From an uncultured Gammaproteobacteria bacterium (GTDB taxonomy: Bacteria > Pseudomonadota > Gammaproteobacteria > JACCXJ01): 64,000 nucleotides of DNA. The stretch covers positions 32,001-96,000 of the forward strand of contig CAVXTM010000016.1 in the NCBI GenBank assembly GCA_963764725.1. Reading direction: 5' to 3'. The notes under the pieces are model-generated. The model ran no database searches. It was not told the DNA's origin and worked only from the letters and a program-made list of their open reading frames with translations. Below, piece by piece: positions 10,150-20,965 of this stretch. Position 1 is the stretch's first letter. Each line of letters starts with the position of its first letter. Both the position numbers and the translations under genes were made by a program.

Positions 10150-11502
10150 CTATGCCGGCGGAAAACGCCCGGACATGGAGCGCATGAGCTTTCCCAGCCC
10201 GCCTTTTTTCGAGACCTGCTTCATCGCGCGTTGCATCTGGGTAAATTGCTTCAACAGGCGGTTCACATCCTGGATCTGGGTGCCGGAGCCGGCGGCGATC
10301 CGGCGTTTATGCGAGGCCTTGATATTGTCGGGATAGCGGCGTTCTTTAGGCGTCATCGAATTGATGATTGCCTCGGTCTTACCCAGCTCTTTGTCATTGA
10401 CTTGGTCCATCATGTGTTGGGGGACATCCGACAGTCCCGGTAAACGGCTCATCAAGCTCCCCAAGCCTCCAATCCCCCGCATCTGCCGGATCTGATCGCG
10501 AAAATCCCGGAGATCGAATCCCTGGCCTTTGTGCAGTTTCTCGGCCATGTCCATGGCCTGCTCACGATCGACCTTCCGTTCCACCTCTTCGATAACCCCA
10601 AGCACATCGCCCATGCCCAGGATGCGCGCGGCCACGCGATCCGGATAAAATGGCTCGAGCGCCGTGCTCTTCTCGCCGGCGCCGACGAATTTAACCGGCT
10701 TGCCCGTGACATGGCGCACCGAGAGCGCCGCCCCTCCACGTGCATCACCGTCGGTCTTGGTAAGAATGACTCCGGTCAAGGGCAAGGCCGCATCGAAAGC
10801 CCGCGCCGTATTGACCGCGTCTTGGCCCATCATGCTATCGATGACAAACAAGGTCTCGGCCGGATCCATTACTCGGTGGAGGCGCGTGATCTCATCCATC
10901 ATCTCCGCGTCGATGTGCAATCGTCCCGCGGTATCGACGATGAGCACATCGTGAAATCGCCTCTTCGCATGCGAGAGCGCTTCGGAGGCGATCGCCGCTG
11001 GATCTTGAGCCGGATCGGCTGGGTAGCATTCGACACCTATTTCGCTTGCCAACACGCTCAACTGATCGATGGCCGCCGGTCGACGCACATCACAGCTCAC
11101 CATGAGCACCGATTTTTTCTCGCGCTCCTTCAGGTACCGGGCCAATTTGGCGGCCGATGTGGTTTTGCCCGATCCCTGCAAGCCAACCATCAACACAACA
11201 GCCGGCGGCGGCCGATTCAGGTCGAGGCGTTCGCATTGTTCGCCCATCAATGCCGTCAATTCGTTGCGGACGACGCGAATGAATGCCTGTCCGGGGGTGA
11301 GGCTGGCGACAACCTCCTCGCCCACCGCTCGCGTTCGCACATGCTCGACAAACCAACGCACCACGGGCAGGGCTACATCGGCTTCGAGCAAGGCCATGCG
11401 CAGCTCTCGCAAGGTCGATTGGATATTTTCGTCCGTCAGGCGGCCTTGCCCGCGGAGTTCCTTGACAATGCGCGTTAGGCGTTGGGAGAGGTTGTCAAAC
11501 AT
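10150..11502 (-). CDS. ffh: Signal recognition particle protein
   Basis: GLQGSGKTT, DTAGR, TKTDGDARGG, M domain IINSMTPKER. Confidence 0.98.
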   Translation of the reverse strand: MFDNLSQRLTRIVKELRGQGRLTDENIQSTLRELRMALLEADVALPVVRWFVEHVRTRAVGEEVVASLTPGQAFIRVVRNELTALMGEQCERLDLNRPPPAVVLMVGLQGSGKTTSAAKLARYLKEREKKSVLMVSCDVRRPAAIDQLSVLASEIGVECYPADPAQDPAAIASEALSHAKRRFHDVLIVDTAGRLHIDAEMMDEITRLHRVMDPAETLFVIDSMMGQDAVNTARAFDAALPLTGVILTKTDGDARGGAALSVRHVTGKPVKFVGAGEKSTALEPFYPDRVAARILGMGDVLGVIEEVERKVDREQAMDMAEKLHKGQGFDLRDFRDQIRQMRGIGGLGSLMSRLPGLSDVPQHMMDQVNDKELGKTEAIINSMTPKERRYPDNIKASHKRRIAAGSGTQIQDVNRLLKQFTQMQRAMKQVSKKGGLGKLMRSMSGRFPPA

Positions 11503-11567
11503 GGCGGCGCGATCCCGGGTTTGCTAGGAGCCGAATCATACTAACATAATCCCTTGAACAGGCCGCG

Positions 11568-11894
11568 GTGTTGCACCAAGGGGTCCTCACCGGCTCGGAT
11601 CTTCAACACGGTTTCGCTCGTGGCCAGGGTCGTGGGGTGGCATCATTGGTCGCGCCGGTAGAAAACCTCGCCTTGGTGCTACTACCAAGCGCGGGCCTTG
11701 GGATCGGCTTGGAATTGCTGTTCCCCAACGGACGCATGCTGCTGGCATCGGCGCCGCTCGGGATGAGGCTCCATGACGTGCTGTCCGTGACCACGTACAG
11801 ACTCCTGACCCATCGTGGCGCTGCAAGCGGTGCTAATTGCCTTGGAAGAACGGCTGCTGCGAACACGCCGCTACCTGGCCGCGATGCAACTCTA
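11568..11894 (+). pseudogene. ypjD: Remnant of YpjD/CcsA-family inner-membrane protein
   Basis: Divergent from ffh, the usual synteny. PVENLALVLLP...LH.VLS..Y.LLT / frameshift / IVALQAVLIALEERLLR; truncated. Confidence 0.65.
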
Positions 11895-13604
11895 ATCGCC
11901 GCTCGTTGCGCCCAGTTTCAGCACCAGATAGCGCTCATTGGTAAAAACCACCTCGCCTTGCAGTTGCCGCGCATCAAAGGGCTGCTCGAACACGGCGTAG
12001 GCGATCCCGAATTCCCTCGCCAGCGAAGCCAAACGCGTTTGATCCATGCGTAGATAGCCGGCCTCGGCTTCATTCAGGTTCCTTACCTTGGGATCGCCGC
12101 TCACACGCCCCAGGCGGCGATACCATTCCATGAGCTCGGTGGGCTTGATGGGGGTGGACTTCCAGTCCACGACCACCGCCCGGGCGGCATGCAGCCGAAA
12201 GGTCTTTAAGCTCGGTGAGATAAGGAATTGTGCATCCGTGGCGGTAGATTGCGCCCACTGAAAGAGCTCCTGCTTAGGCGCCGAGAGGCCGCGCAGGACA
12301 TTGGACGCTTTGTAGGCGGGAGCCGCTGAGAAGGCAAGGCCTACAAGCGCCAACCCAAGCGGCACCATCGCCGGCGGAATCATCGTGAGATAGCGCCGGG
12401 TCTTACCGCGCGCAAGCAACACATAAGCAAATAAGGTAAGAATAACGATGACGACGTAGGTAGGATTGACCTGTAGGAGACCGACCTCGGTTGGCTGTAC
12501 CTTCGAGCCATGGTGAATGAGAATGAGCCCGCCTCCGGCCGCCGCCAAGACCCACTGCCACTTAAAACCCTTGGCGGTCTCGCGTTCCGCGCTCGCGCTG
12601 AAGTAAGGCGCGATCCGAGTGACGATTACGAGCTGGGCCAGCAAGACCGAAAACGGTGCCATGCGCCAGAAGAATAGCTGTGAAACAAAGGGGACATAGA
12701 CGAGCGTGGTCAGCACCGTGGCGGTCATCACGAGGCCAAGAAACACCGCATAGACCTTCGCCAGCCGGGAGGAGATCCGCGCGTCGGAGGATTTCAGGTC
12801 GAGACAGCTCATGGCCAGCAACTGCCATCCTGCGAAGGAAATAAAGTCCGCGAGATAATTCCGCGGGACATAGTGATGCGGCGAGCGTATGAACTGAAAG
12901 ATATTGCGCGCATCTCCCCCCAGGGGATCGGTCGCCATGGCATAGAGCATGGGAAACTCGAAGAGCAAGACAGCGACGCTCGGCCCCAACTGTAGACACA
13001 GGCGGCGCGCAATGTCCTCGCGCCCGAGGGCGAGATGAACAAGACCGAAGAAAACGAAATCGAGCAGCAAAAAGTTAGTATGAAAAAAGCCGCCTATCGC
13101 CACCAGCACGCCGGACCAGAGGTAGCGTTCCGCAAGCAGCAATAGGAGCCCGATCACGACCGCGGAGGCCGCGACCGAGGAGGGTTCGAGAATCGAGGTC
13201 AGGATATGGCTGCTGGCTACGCTGCGGGTCTTCTCCAAGAGCACAAAGCACATGAGGATCAGGATCGCGACTAGAGCATCGCGCCGATAATAGCGATACA
13301 AGAAGCTATAAATCGTCAGCAGCAGCGCGGCCACCAGCGCCACATTCGCGCCGGCGACCATCCATGGCGCCGGACCCAACGATGCTAAAAGCTCGATCAA
13401 CAGTGCGAAATTTCGATGATACGCCGTGGTCTGCGCGGCGAGCCAGTCATAGCGCAGGAACTCTGGATCGAGCTCCCGGAGCGGGTACAGAAGATAGGTG
13501 TTGTGGTTCGCGAGCCCATAGCACAAACCAAAGCTCAATCCCACTGCCACCGCGAGCAGTAGAACCAGCGCATGCTGAAACGCGGCTCCTTCACGCTCTG
13601 TCAT
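11892..13604 (-). CDS. Polytopic membrane protein, probable GT-C-like glycosyltransferase (DUF6798-like C-terminus)
   Basis: Many TM segments, RSPHHY, FRL.A.RAVVVDWK..P.....EWY.R; follows gtrA- and gtrB-like genes. Confidence 0.7.
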   Translation of the reverse strand: MTEREGAAFQHALVLLLAVAVGLSFGLCYGLANHNTYLLYPLRELDPEFLRYDWLAAQTTAYHRNFALLIELLASLGPAPWMVAGANVALVAALLLTIYSFLYRYYRRDALVAILILMCFVLLEKTRSVASSHILTSILEPSSVAASAVVIGLLLLLAERYLWSGVLVAIGGFFHTNFLLLDFVFFGLVHLALGREDIARRLCLQLGPSVAVLLFEFPMLYAMATDPLGGDARNIFQFIRSPHHYVPRNYLADFISFAGWQLLAMSCLDLKSSDARISSRLAKVYAVFLGLVMTATVLTTLVYVPFVSQLFFWRMAPFSVLLAQLVIVTRIAPYFSASAERETAKGFKWQWVLAAAGGGLILIHHGSKVQPTEVGLLQVNPTYVVIVILTLFAYVLLARGKTRRYLTMIPPAMVPLGLALVGLAFSAAPAYKASNVLRGLSAPKQELFQWAQSTATDAQFLISPSLKTFRLHAARAVVVDWKSTPIKPTELMEWYRRLGRVSGDPKVRNLNEAEAGYLRMDQTRLASLAREFGIAYAVFEQPFDARQLQGEVVFTNERYLVLKLGATSGD

Positions 13605-13994
13605 TTAGAATACCCAGTATTTCAGCGATAAATAATTCAGGACAGTGATAAACGCCATCACGGTGATCCACGTGGGAGCTGCCGGCCAGCTCCACATGTC
13701 CACGGTAACGCTCATCAGCACACTGCTCGCCATGAGCAACAGACCTTGCACGAGCGTGAAGCGTAGCGCCTGTCGTAGGACTCGGTCTTCGGCTCCGAAG
13801 GTCCAGCCGCGGTTCCAATAGAAGCTCCACATTGATCCAAGCCCATAACTTGCCATCTGCGCAACCCCGGCGCGGTAGGAATAACCGCCCAATAGCGACA
13901 GGACGAGAACGAAGACGGCGTAGCTGAGTGCCGTGTTCGTGATCCCAACGGTGATAAAACGCGCGACCGGTGAGTTCCAGAGACGAACTCCCAT
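13605..13994 (-). CDS. GtrA-family flippase-like protein
   Basis: RFITVGITNT, SFYWNRGWTF, LNY...KYWVF. Confidence 0.9.
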   Translation of the reverse strand: MGVRLWNSPVARFITVGITNTALSYAVFVLVLSLLGGYSYRAGVAQMASYGLGSMWSFYWNRGWTFGAEDRVLRQALRFTLVQGLLLMASSVLMSVTVDMWSWPAAPTWITVMAFITVLNYLSLKYWVF

Positions 13995-14006
13995 GAAGTC
14001 CTCGAT

Positions 14007-14981
14007 TCAGGTCCGTGGCAGATTGACGCTGTCGCGAATGATCACCGTCGGGCGGTTCTGCAAGCTTTGGTGGATCCAGGCAAGATAACTGCCGATGATG
14101 CCGAGGATGATAAACAGCACCCCGAACAAGAACGACAGGATCCCCACGGTGGAGGCCCAGCCCGAAACCGTCTCCCCTTGAAAATACCGCGCCAGCACGT
14201 AAGCAATCTCGACAAAAGCCAAAAGACTGGTGGCGATCCCGAGCCAGATCCCAATGCGCAGCGGCTTGGTCGAAAACGATATGATGGCGTCGCCGGCGAA
14301 GCTGAGCATTTTTCGCAGAGTGTAGTTGCTCGACCCGTGTATACGCCGCTCGGGCTGAAAGGGCACCTCCGTCGCAGGCAAACCCAGCCACTGGACCGCA
14401 CCCCGCAGGAACAGCTCCGCGGCCTTGAGATTCACCAAGGCATCGACCGCGGTGCGGTCGAGAAGCCGGAAGTCGGAGTTACCTTCGGCCATCGGCACCT
14501 CGGCGAGGATCGAGAACAACTTGTAGAAGTACCTTGAGGTTAATCGCTTGAAGCGACTGGCCACCACTTCATCGCGCCGTTGGGTGTTCACGACCTTGTA
14601 ACCCTGCCGCCAAGCTTCATAGAGCGAAGGGATAAGCTCTGGGGGATGTTGTAGATCGCCGTCCATGCTGACCACGGCCTGGCCGCGCGCGAGCTGGAGT
14701 CCCGCCAGGAGGGCCCGCTGGTGCCCGAAATTCCGCGAGAGCGACACACCTATTATGGCAGGACTTTCGGCGGCAAGCCTAGCAATCCGCTGCCAGGTTG
14801 CGTCGCGGCTGCCGTCATCGACGAGGACAATTTCATAGGTAACCCCGATCCCCTTCAGCACGGCAACGAGCTCTCGCACTAAAGGGTGGACGCTGCCTTC
14901 CTCGTTGCACATGGGGACCACGACCGAAAGCGCGGGTCGCGCCTTAGCACCGACCCCAACCTCTACTGCCGGCGATGTCAA
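14007..14981 (-). CDS. GT2 polyprenol-phosphate glycosyltransferase (GtrB/ArnC-like)
   Basis: VVVPMCNEE, VDDGSRD, SRNFGHQ, MDGDLQHPP, two C-terminal TM segments. Confidence 0.93.
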   Translation of the reverse strand: MTSPAVEVGVGAKARPALSVVVPMCNEEGSVHPLVRELVAVLKGIGVTYEIVLVDDGSRDATWQRIARLAAESPAIIGVSLSRNFGHQRALLAGLQLARGQAVVSMDGDLQHPPELIPSLYEAWRQGYKVVNTQRRDEVVASRFKRLTSRYFYKLFSILAEVPMAEGNSDFRLLDRTAVDALVNLKAAELFLRGAVQWLGLPATEVPFQPERRIHGSSNYTLRKMLSFAGDAIISFSTKPLRIGIWLGIATSLLAFVEIAYVLARYFQGETVSGWASTVGILSFLFGVLFIILGIIGSYLAWIHQSLQNRPTVIIRDSVNLPRT

Positions 14982-16006
14982 GGAGTTAGAGGCGGAGACC
15001 GGAAACGGCGGGTAAGTATTGCGTACATGCTCGTCAAGGGCTCAAGATAAACCTTTGCGAGCGTTGGGTGGTACTGCGGCGCCCCGATCCCGACACCGAG
15101 AATGAGATTCTTGCGGATCTCCTCACTTGGCAGGACCAGGCTGCCGAACATCCAGTCCCAGATTGCGAAGACCTCCCCATAATTGCGGTTCCAGTGCTCG
15201 GGCCTGGCGCTGTGATGGATTTGATGGTGCGCGGGGCTGATGAAAATATGATTGAGCACGGGACCGAAAGAAAACCATATATGGGAATGGCGTAAGTTCG
15301 CGCCGAAGATCCGGAACAGCGCCGAGACGGCGTTGATTCCGAGGATCGTCAGCGCCTCCATCTCGCCCAGAAACAGAAAGATGGTGATCCCTTGAAATAC
15401 GCCCAGCACCGGCGCGCCGATGAATAACTTGACGATGTTATAGAGCGGGTGCTTGCGAAAATAGGTAAACGGGGTCAGCACTTCCGCGGAATGATGCACG
15501 CGATGGATCGGCCAGAGCAAATCCACTTGGTGATGCAGCCGGTGGTTTATATAGGTGACGAAATCGGATACGAGGGCGTAGACGATGGTAAATGCGAGGA
15601 TGACCCCGCCGCCGATCGGTATGCCTTGCCAGGTGGCCGCGAAGGCAGAAGTCAGCAAGCCGATGACGTAGCTCGCGACCAGGGCGGCACTGAACAGCTC
15701 GGCGATGGGCCCGAAGGTCACGGGACCGACGAAGTGGTAGCTAACGAATATCTTGTAATCGACGATCGCGGACGGATGCGTATAGATCCGCTTCGGGAAA
15801 ACGAATTTAATAAACTCCGCGAGACGCAGCGCGCCATCCCGCTGGTAATAGCGTTTATAGGCGATGGCGGCCAATAGTAGCGCCGAGAGCAGAAACACCC
15901 AATACAAGCGGCTGCTAACATCGAAGGGGGATCGCACGATGTCCAAGCTTTCGTCCAGGATCCACCCGACAAACCGCTCGCAAAAGTCCAACAGGCTATG
16001 GAACAT
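14978..16006 (-). CDS. Sterol desaturase / fatty acid hydroxylase family protein
   Basis: HRLHH, HRVHHS, HSH, HQIHH, NYG..F.IWD.MFG. Confidence 0.9.
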   Translation of the reverse strand: MFHSLLDFCERFVGWILDESLDIVRSPFDVSSRLYWVFLLSALLLAAIAYKRYYQRDGALRLAEFIKFVFPKRIYTHPSAIVDYKIFVSYHFVGPVTFGPIAELFSAALVASYVIGLLTSAFAATWQGIPIGGGVILAFTIVYALVSDFVTYINHRLHHQVDLLWPIHRVHHSAEVLTPFTYFRKHPLYNIVKLFIGAPVLGVFQGITIFLFLGEMEALTILGINAVSALFRIFGANLRHSHIWFSFGPVLNHIFISPAHHQIHHSARPEHWNRNYGEVFAIWDWMFGSLVLPSEEIRKNLILGVGIGAPQYHPTLAKVYLEPLTSMYAILTRRFRSPPLTP

Positions 16007-16285
16007 TATTTCAGAAATCCTTCATATCGTTACCGATGGGCCTGCGAGCGTGCCCGCATAGATGCGCCACGCGTTGGCGTTATTCAACCCGCCCTTCAAG
16101 TTCCTATTATGCAGGATAACTTATTGTTGTTGCACTCCCCGCCTCGAGACGGTTTCTCTTAAGACACCGAAGGCACAAGAAGTTCTCGGGATCGGGATGC
16201 GCAGTAGATTGATTTCCAACCCCTAAGACAGCGAGCCGACCCCGAGTCGTACGCCGGCCGAAACTGAGCGCCATCTCTGCCTGGC

Positions 16286-16350
16286 CATGACAGCCAACTA
16301 TCTCGACAAAAGGCGGCGGCCAGCTTCCCCGCATACTCACCGTTGCCGAC
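16286..16350 (+). repeat. Degenerate ~65-bp direct repeat of 17957-18022 (5' end of the GGDEF/EAL gene)
   Basis: catgacagccaactatctcgacaaaaggcggcggccagcttccccgcatactcaccgttgccga versus catgacatggcgactatttcgacaaaaagcagccgccagcttccccgcatactcatcgttaccga. Confidence 0.85.
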
Positions 16351-16517
16351 CCGAAAATTCCCCCGATTCTAGGCCTAGGCCCCGCATGTTTGACAACCTA
16401 CTTGCCTCGCACTACTCTGCATCTTGACGAAAAAAAAGGGCGTTTATTTTTCCAGCGCGGCCTCTGGCCGAACCCAATGCCAGACGAAGCTTCTTTGCGA
16501 AAAGCAAAGAAGTCACG

Positions 16518-17765
16518 GTGAAAGAATATATGTCCATGAATATCGTCTCGCCGGTTCGATTATCGTTGAATCGACGCCAGTATGCGCGGGCGACTGCCCG
16601 CCGGCTCGCGCTGGTCATGTTGTCGATCACCGTTCTTTACCCGCGAACTGCCGTTCCCCAGCCGAGCGACCTTACGATCAAATCAAATGAGGCAACTTTT
16701 CGGACTGAAAGCAAGAGCATCAAAACTCAAAGAAGGGACAACACCCTACCGGGCGGTGCTGCCAACCCGAGAAAGCCACTCCAGTTATTGGGACAGAGCG
16801 TCAAGCCTGGCTCCATTCAACGGCTTTCCTGGGCGCCTTTCTCCGGCATCGCCGAGGCGACGTCCGTCGTCGTCGTAAGAGGCGTCAGGCCCGGGCCGAT
16901 GCTCTGTCTGACGGCTGCTGTCCACGGTAATGAGATCAACGGTATCCAGATCGTACAGCGAATCATACACTCGCTCGAACCGGACAAACTGAGCGGCAAT
17001 GTCATCGCGGTGCCGATCGTGAACCTGCAAGGGTTTCGCCGGAAATCCCGTTATCTGTCGAATAGGCTTGACCTGAACCGATACTTTCCGGGCCATCCGC
17101 AGGGCAACGCGGCCGCCAGGATAGCTTACTCGTTCTTCCACGGGATCGTGATGCAATGCGATGCGCTAGTCGACATTCACACCGCATCGTTTCAGCGCAC
17201 GAATCTGACACAGTTGCGCGCCAACGCGCTCAAGCCCGCGGTTAAACGACTGACACAAGGCTTTGGCCCGATTGCCGTCTTACACAGCGAGGGAATCCGT
17301 GGGACATTGCGCCGCGCTGCTGATGCCGCAGGCGTGCCTGCCGTGACACTGGAACTTGGCGAATCGCACCGGATCCAGCTCGCCAAAGTGGAACAAGGGT
17401 ACAGGGGAATTCAATCCCTGATGGCCGCGTTGGAGATGGTCGATAAGAAAAAGCCGGCGGCCGACGCCCCTTTAATCTTCCATCGTTCGATATGGGTTCG
17501 CGGCAACGGCGGCGGGCTCTTCTTGTCGCGCGTCAGCCTAGGGCAGGCCGTACACACCGGGCAGCTATTGGGCATCGTGACCGACCCCATCAGCGAGGAG
17601 CGTAACGAGATCTTGTCTTCCCATGACGGACGCGTGCTGGGCATGGCCATCAACCAGGTCGTCATGCCGGGCAAAAGGTTGTTTCGGATCGGGATGCAAG
17701 CGCACAATTCGGTAAAAAATCCGCTGGCTGTCGGCGGCCGCAAGGAAAGGCAGCGCGCACGGTGA
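16518..17765 (+). CDS. Succinylglutamate desuccinylase/aspartoacylase (M14) family protein, probably exported
   Basis: HGNEING, DLNRYFPG, DIHT, TLELG, C-terminal lipoyl-like barrel. Start uncertain. Confidence 0.88.
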   Translation: MKEYMSMNIVSPVRLSLNRRQYARATARRLALVMLSITVLYPRTAVPQPSDLTIKSNEATFRTESKSIKTQRRDNTLPGGAANPRKPLQLLGQSVKPGSIQRLSWAPFSGIAEATSVVVVRGVRPGPMLCLTAAVHGNEINGIQIVQRIIHSLEPDKLSGNVIAVPIVNLQGFRRKSRYLSNRLDLNRYFPGHPQGNAAARIAYSFFHGIVMQCDALVDIHTASFQRTNLTQLRANALKPAVKRLTQGFGPIAVLHSEGIRGTLRRAADAAGVPAVTLELGESHRIQLAKVEQGYRGIQSLMAALEMVDKKKPAADAPLIFHRSIWVRGNGGGLFLSRVSLGQAVHTGQLLGIVTDPISEERNEILSSHDGRVLGMAINQVVMPGKRLFRIGMQAHNSVKNPLAVGGRKERQRAR

Positions 17766-17947
17766 TTACTAGCCCCGCGGCACGCGATGAGCCCGATACG
17801 CTGGCATATCGCCGTTGACGTTTCTGACCTTGTTCGCAAGCCCGAGCCCCGAGGCGATGCATTTGTTGGAGAGGCGATCACGGCCGCGCTCGTCGAAGCT
17901 GGCGCGCCTACCCTAAGTCATACACCGGTCCAAAGTGGGCGCAATGT

Positions 17948-20293
17948 TTGCTTAGGCATGACATGGCGACTATTTCGACAAAAAGCAGCCGCCAGCTTCC
18001 CCGCATACTCATCGTTACCGAAGAACCCGATAACGCTCTGATCCATGCACTCTGTCGCGTAGCTTCTGCCACCCCGGTCGACGATACGTTCCGTTGCCTA
18101 GAGGCTGTCCTCTTCGGCCCGACGCCGAAAGACTCTCCCGAGTCAACGTTTGAATTGACCCGCTGCCAGCGAGCCGAAGAGGCCCTCGCCAGCGTAACAG
18201 CGACTCGTGCGGAAGGCCGCCCTTATTCGCTCGCTTTTATCAGCGGGCGCGACGGCATTTCGGCCGCCGAGCAAATTCACGCTTTGGATCCCGACATCAA
18301 TATCGTGATCGTGGCCGCGTCTGGGGATGTCGATTCACAGAAAATCGGAGCCCGCCTTCCGCCATCCGACAATGTCCTTTGTATTCAACAGCCCATCGAC
18401 GCACATGAGATCTACCGCTGCGCCGTGGCGCTCGCCGCGAAATGGAAGGTTGAACGAAAGTTGCGCTTCCACAGTGGCGATCTCGCGCGTTTAAACGGCC
18501 AGTTGCTAAAGGATATCTCTGCGCGCGAACAAGCCGAGGGGACCTTGCGTCTGCTTCATACCGCGATCGTGCACACACAAGATGTGACAGCGATCATGAC
18601 GGCAGCCCCCGACCCGCAAGATTCTCGCATCGTATACGTCAACCCGGCCGTGAGCCGGGTGCTGGGATACAGTCCGCAGGAAGCCATGGGTCAGGTACTC
18701 TCCGTGCTTTTCGGTCCGGAGACAGACCCCGCCGCACTAGAGCGGCTGCGGCATCAGTTAATCCAGGGTGAAGCCTTCGCCGGACAGCTCTGTGGCCTTC
18801 GTAAGGATGCCAGCGCCTTGGTGATGGATGTGAGGATTAATCCAGTCCCCAATGAGAAGGGCCATATCACCCACTACGTTGCGCTGATTCGGGACGTGAC
18901 CGAGGCCAGCCGGGCCGCCATAAAAGCCGCCTACCAGGCGGCGCATGATCCATTGACGGAGCTTCCGAACCGGCGCGAATTCGAGCGCCGTTTGGCGCTC
19001 ATGGTAGAGCACGCGCGCGAACACGGTAAGCAACACGCGCTTTGCTACATCGATCTCGATCAATTCAAGGTCGTCAACGATACCTGCGGTCATGGGGCGG
19101 GCGACGAGTTGCTGCGGCAGATTTCGGGAATATTAAAGAGCCGCTTGCGCGAGCGCGATACCTTGGCTCGATTGGGAGGAGACGAATTCGCCGTGCTTCT
19201 GGGAGAATGCTCGGTCAACCAAGCCCTGCGCGTCGCCAACGAACTGCGCGAGGTGATCCAAGACTACCGATTCTGTTGGACCAATAAGCTCTTTAAAGTG
19301 GGGGCCAGTATCGGCGTGGTGCCGTTCAGCAAAGCCTGTACCGGTGGTGAAAGCTTATTAAGCGCCGCGGACAGCGCCTGCATTACCGCCAAGGAAGAAG
19401 GGCGTAATCGGGTTCATCTCTACGGGCGCGAAACCATGGAGATCCCCCAGCGCCACGACGAAATGCAATGGATCCCAAGGTTACACCAAGCGCTGGCGGA
19501 TAACAGGTTTCAACTGTATTTCCAGCCTATCGTGCCGTTGGGCAGCGAATTCGAGGGCATGCACGGGGAGATACTAATCAGGATGATCGGTGAGGGCGGG
19601 GAGCTTATACTTCCGGGCGCGTTTATCCCCGCTGCGGAGCGTTACAATCAAATGCTCGCGATTGACCATTGGGTCGTGCGCTCAACCCTATCCGCTATTA
19701 GCCCCGTCCTACCGGGAGGGCTGTGTGTGTCGATTAATCTGTCTTCACAATCCATCAGCAACGCGGACTTCCTCCAATTTGTAATGGATGAACTTAGCAA
19801 ACATGACGTGCTGTCCAATCAGATAATATTTGAGATCACGGAGACCGCGGCAATTATCAATTTGAACGCGGCGATGAGTTTTATTACGACCTTAAAAGGC
19901 CGCGGCTGCCGCTTTGCCCTGGACGATTTTGGCAGCGGCCTATCATCCTTTGCTTATTTAAAAATACTCCCTATAGATTATCTAAAGATAGACGGCCGTT
20001 TTATTCAGGACATCACTCACGATCCGGTGGCCGCTACGATCGTCGAAGCGATATGCCGCATTGGCCATGTCATGGGGCTTGAGCTTGTCGCCGAATCCGT
20101 GGAATCACAGACCACCGTGGAGATGCTACGGAAGGTCGGCGTAAATTATGGACAAGGAAACGGGATTGCCCCGCCCATTCCCCTTCGTGATGCCATCAAG
20201 CACTTGATCCCGGCGGAAACGCCCTGCCCTCAGGATACCTTGGTTCGGCGCATGCGCGCGTGGCCTACCCAGGCTAGCACACACAGCGTGTAA
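17948..20293 (+). CDS. REC-like/PAS/GGDEF/EAL diguanylate cyclase-phosphodiesterase
   Basis: YVNPA (PAS), HDPLTELPNRR, RLGGDEF, EIL (EAL variant), DDFGSG. Confidence 0.95.
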   Translation: MLRHDMATISTKSSRQLPRILIVTEEPDNALIHALCRVASATPVDDTFRCLEAVLFGPTPKDSPESTFELTRCQRAEEALASVTATRAEGRPYSLAFISGRDGISAAEQIHALDPDINIVIVAASGDVDSQKIGARLPPSDNVLCIQQPIDAHEIYRCAVALAAKWKVERKLRFHSGDLARLNGQLLKDISAREQAEGTLRLLHTAIVHTQDVTAIMTAAPDPQDSRIVYVNPAVSRVLGYSPQEAMGQVLSVLFGPETDPAALERLRHQLIQGEAFAGQLCGLRKDASALVMDVRINPVPNEKGHITHYVALIRDVTEASRAAIKAAYQAAHDPLTELPNRREFERRLALMVEHAREHGKQHALCYIDLDQFKVVNDTCGHGAGDELLRQISGILKSRLRERDTLARLGGDEFAVLLGECSVNQALRVANELREVIQDYRFCWTNKLFKVGASIGVVPFSKACTGGESLLSAADSACITAKEEGRNRVHLYGRETMEIPQRHDEMQWIPRLHQALADNRFQLYFQPIVPLGSEFEGMHGEILIRMIGEGGELILPGAFIPAAERYNQMLAIDHWVVRSTLSAISPVLPGGLCVSINLSSQSISNADFLQFVMDELSKHDVLSNQIIFEITETAAIINLNAAMSFITTLKGRGCRFALDDFGSGLSSFAYLKILPIDYLKIDGRFIQDITHDPVAATIVEAICRIGHVMGLELVAESVESQTTVEMLRKVGVNYGQGNGIAPPIPLRDAIKHLIPAETPCPQDTLVRRMRAWPTQASTHSV

Positions 20294-20593
20294 TTTCGAT
20301 CCTCCCCCTGACGCCGCGATCCAAGCACCCGGCCCGGCTTGCAGCGGCGAAGCGCTTCCGCCCGTGAATCGTGCATAAGTTACAAACCAGATGGTAATTT
20401 TTCGCAGAACTCTCTGTTCCCGTCGCCTATTCTAGCGAGCGTCATGACTACGCGCACCTAATCTTCCGGTGTTTACTGTCGATAGGGGGACATCGGTGTG
20501 TGCTAAATCCATTGGCGCACAATCCGCGTAGAGATCGGTGAGAATCCGGAACACATGCTCATGATGCGAACCGAGGTGACAGGGAAACGAGAG

Positions 20594-20794
20594 ATGAATA
20601 CGTTCGAGGCGATTGCGGCAAGCACCGGCGAGCTCGCGCGGCTGTTGAACCATCATTATGGAGATGGCACCGTCTATGTACCGAGCGGAGGATCGCTCCA
20701 GCTCTACCACACCTGCGTCGACGTTGGGCTGATTACCGAGGACGGGTTCATTACCCGCCAAGGCCGGGAGCTCATCGCCCGTTCTCTGACTTAG
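20594..20794 (+). CDS. Small hypothetical protein (66 aa)
   Basis: Purine-rich RBS; MNTFEAIA...GLITEDGFITRQGRELIAR, a winged-helix-like end. Confidence 0.6.
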   Translation: MNTFEAIAASTGELARLLNHHYGDGTVYVPSGGSLQLYHTCVDVGLITEDGFITRQGRELIARSLT

Positions 20795-20965
20795 CAGCGT
20801 CCTTAATCCCCCTATTACCGCTACGGTGCCCGGGGCGATATCAGTCACCGCGGCGCTACGCTCTCGCGCCGGCCCCAGAGTCACCCTACTCTGCCGCGCG
20901 CGTAAGCATGGCATTACGGGTTTTTTGTGTCTATCATGGGCGGCCTTTGGCAAGGAGAGAATGAC

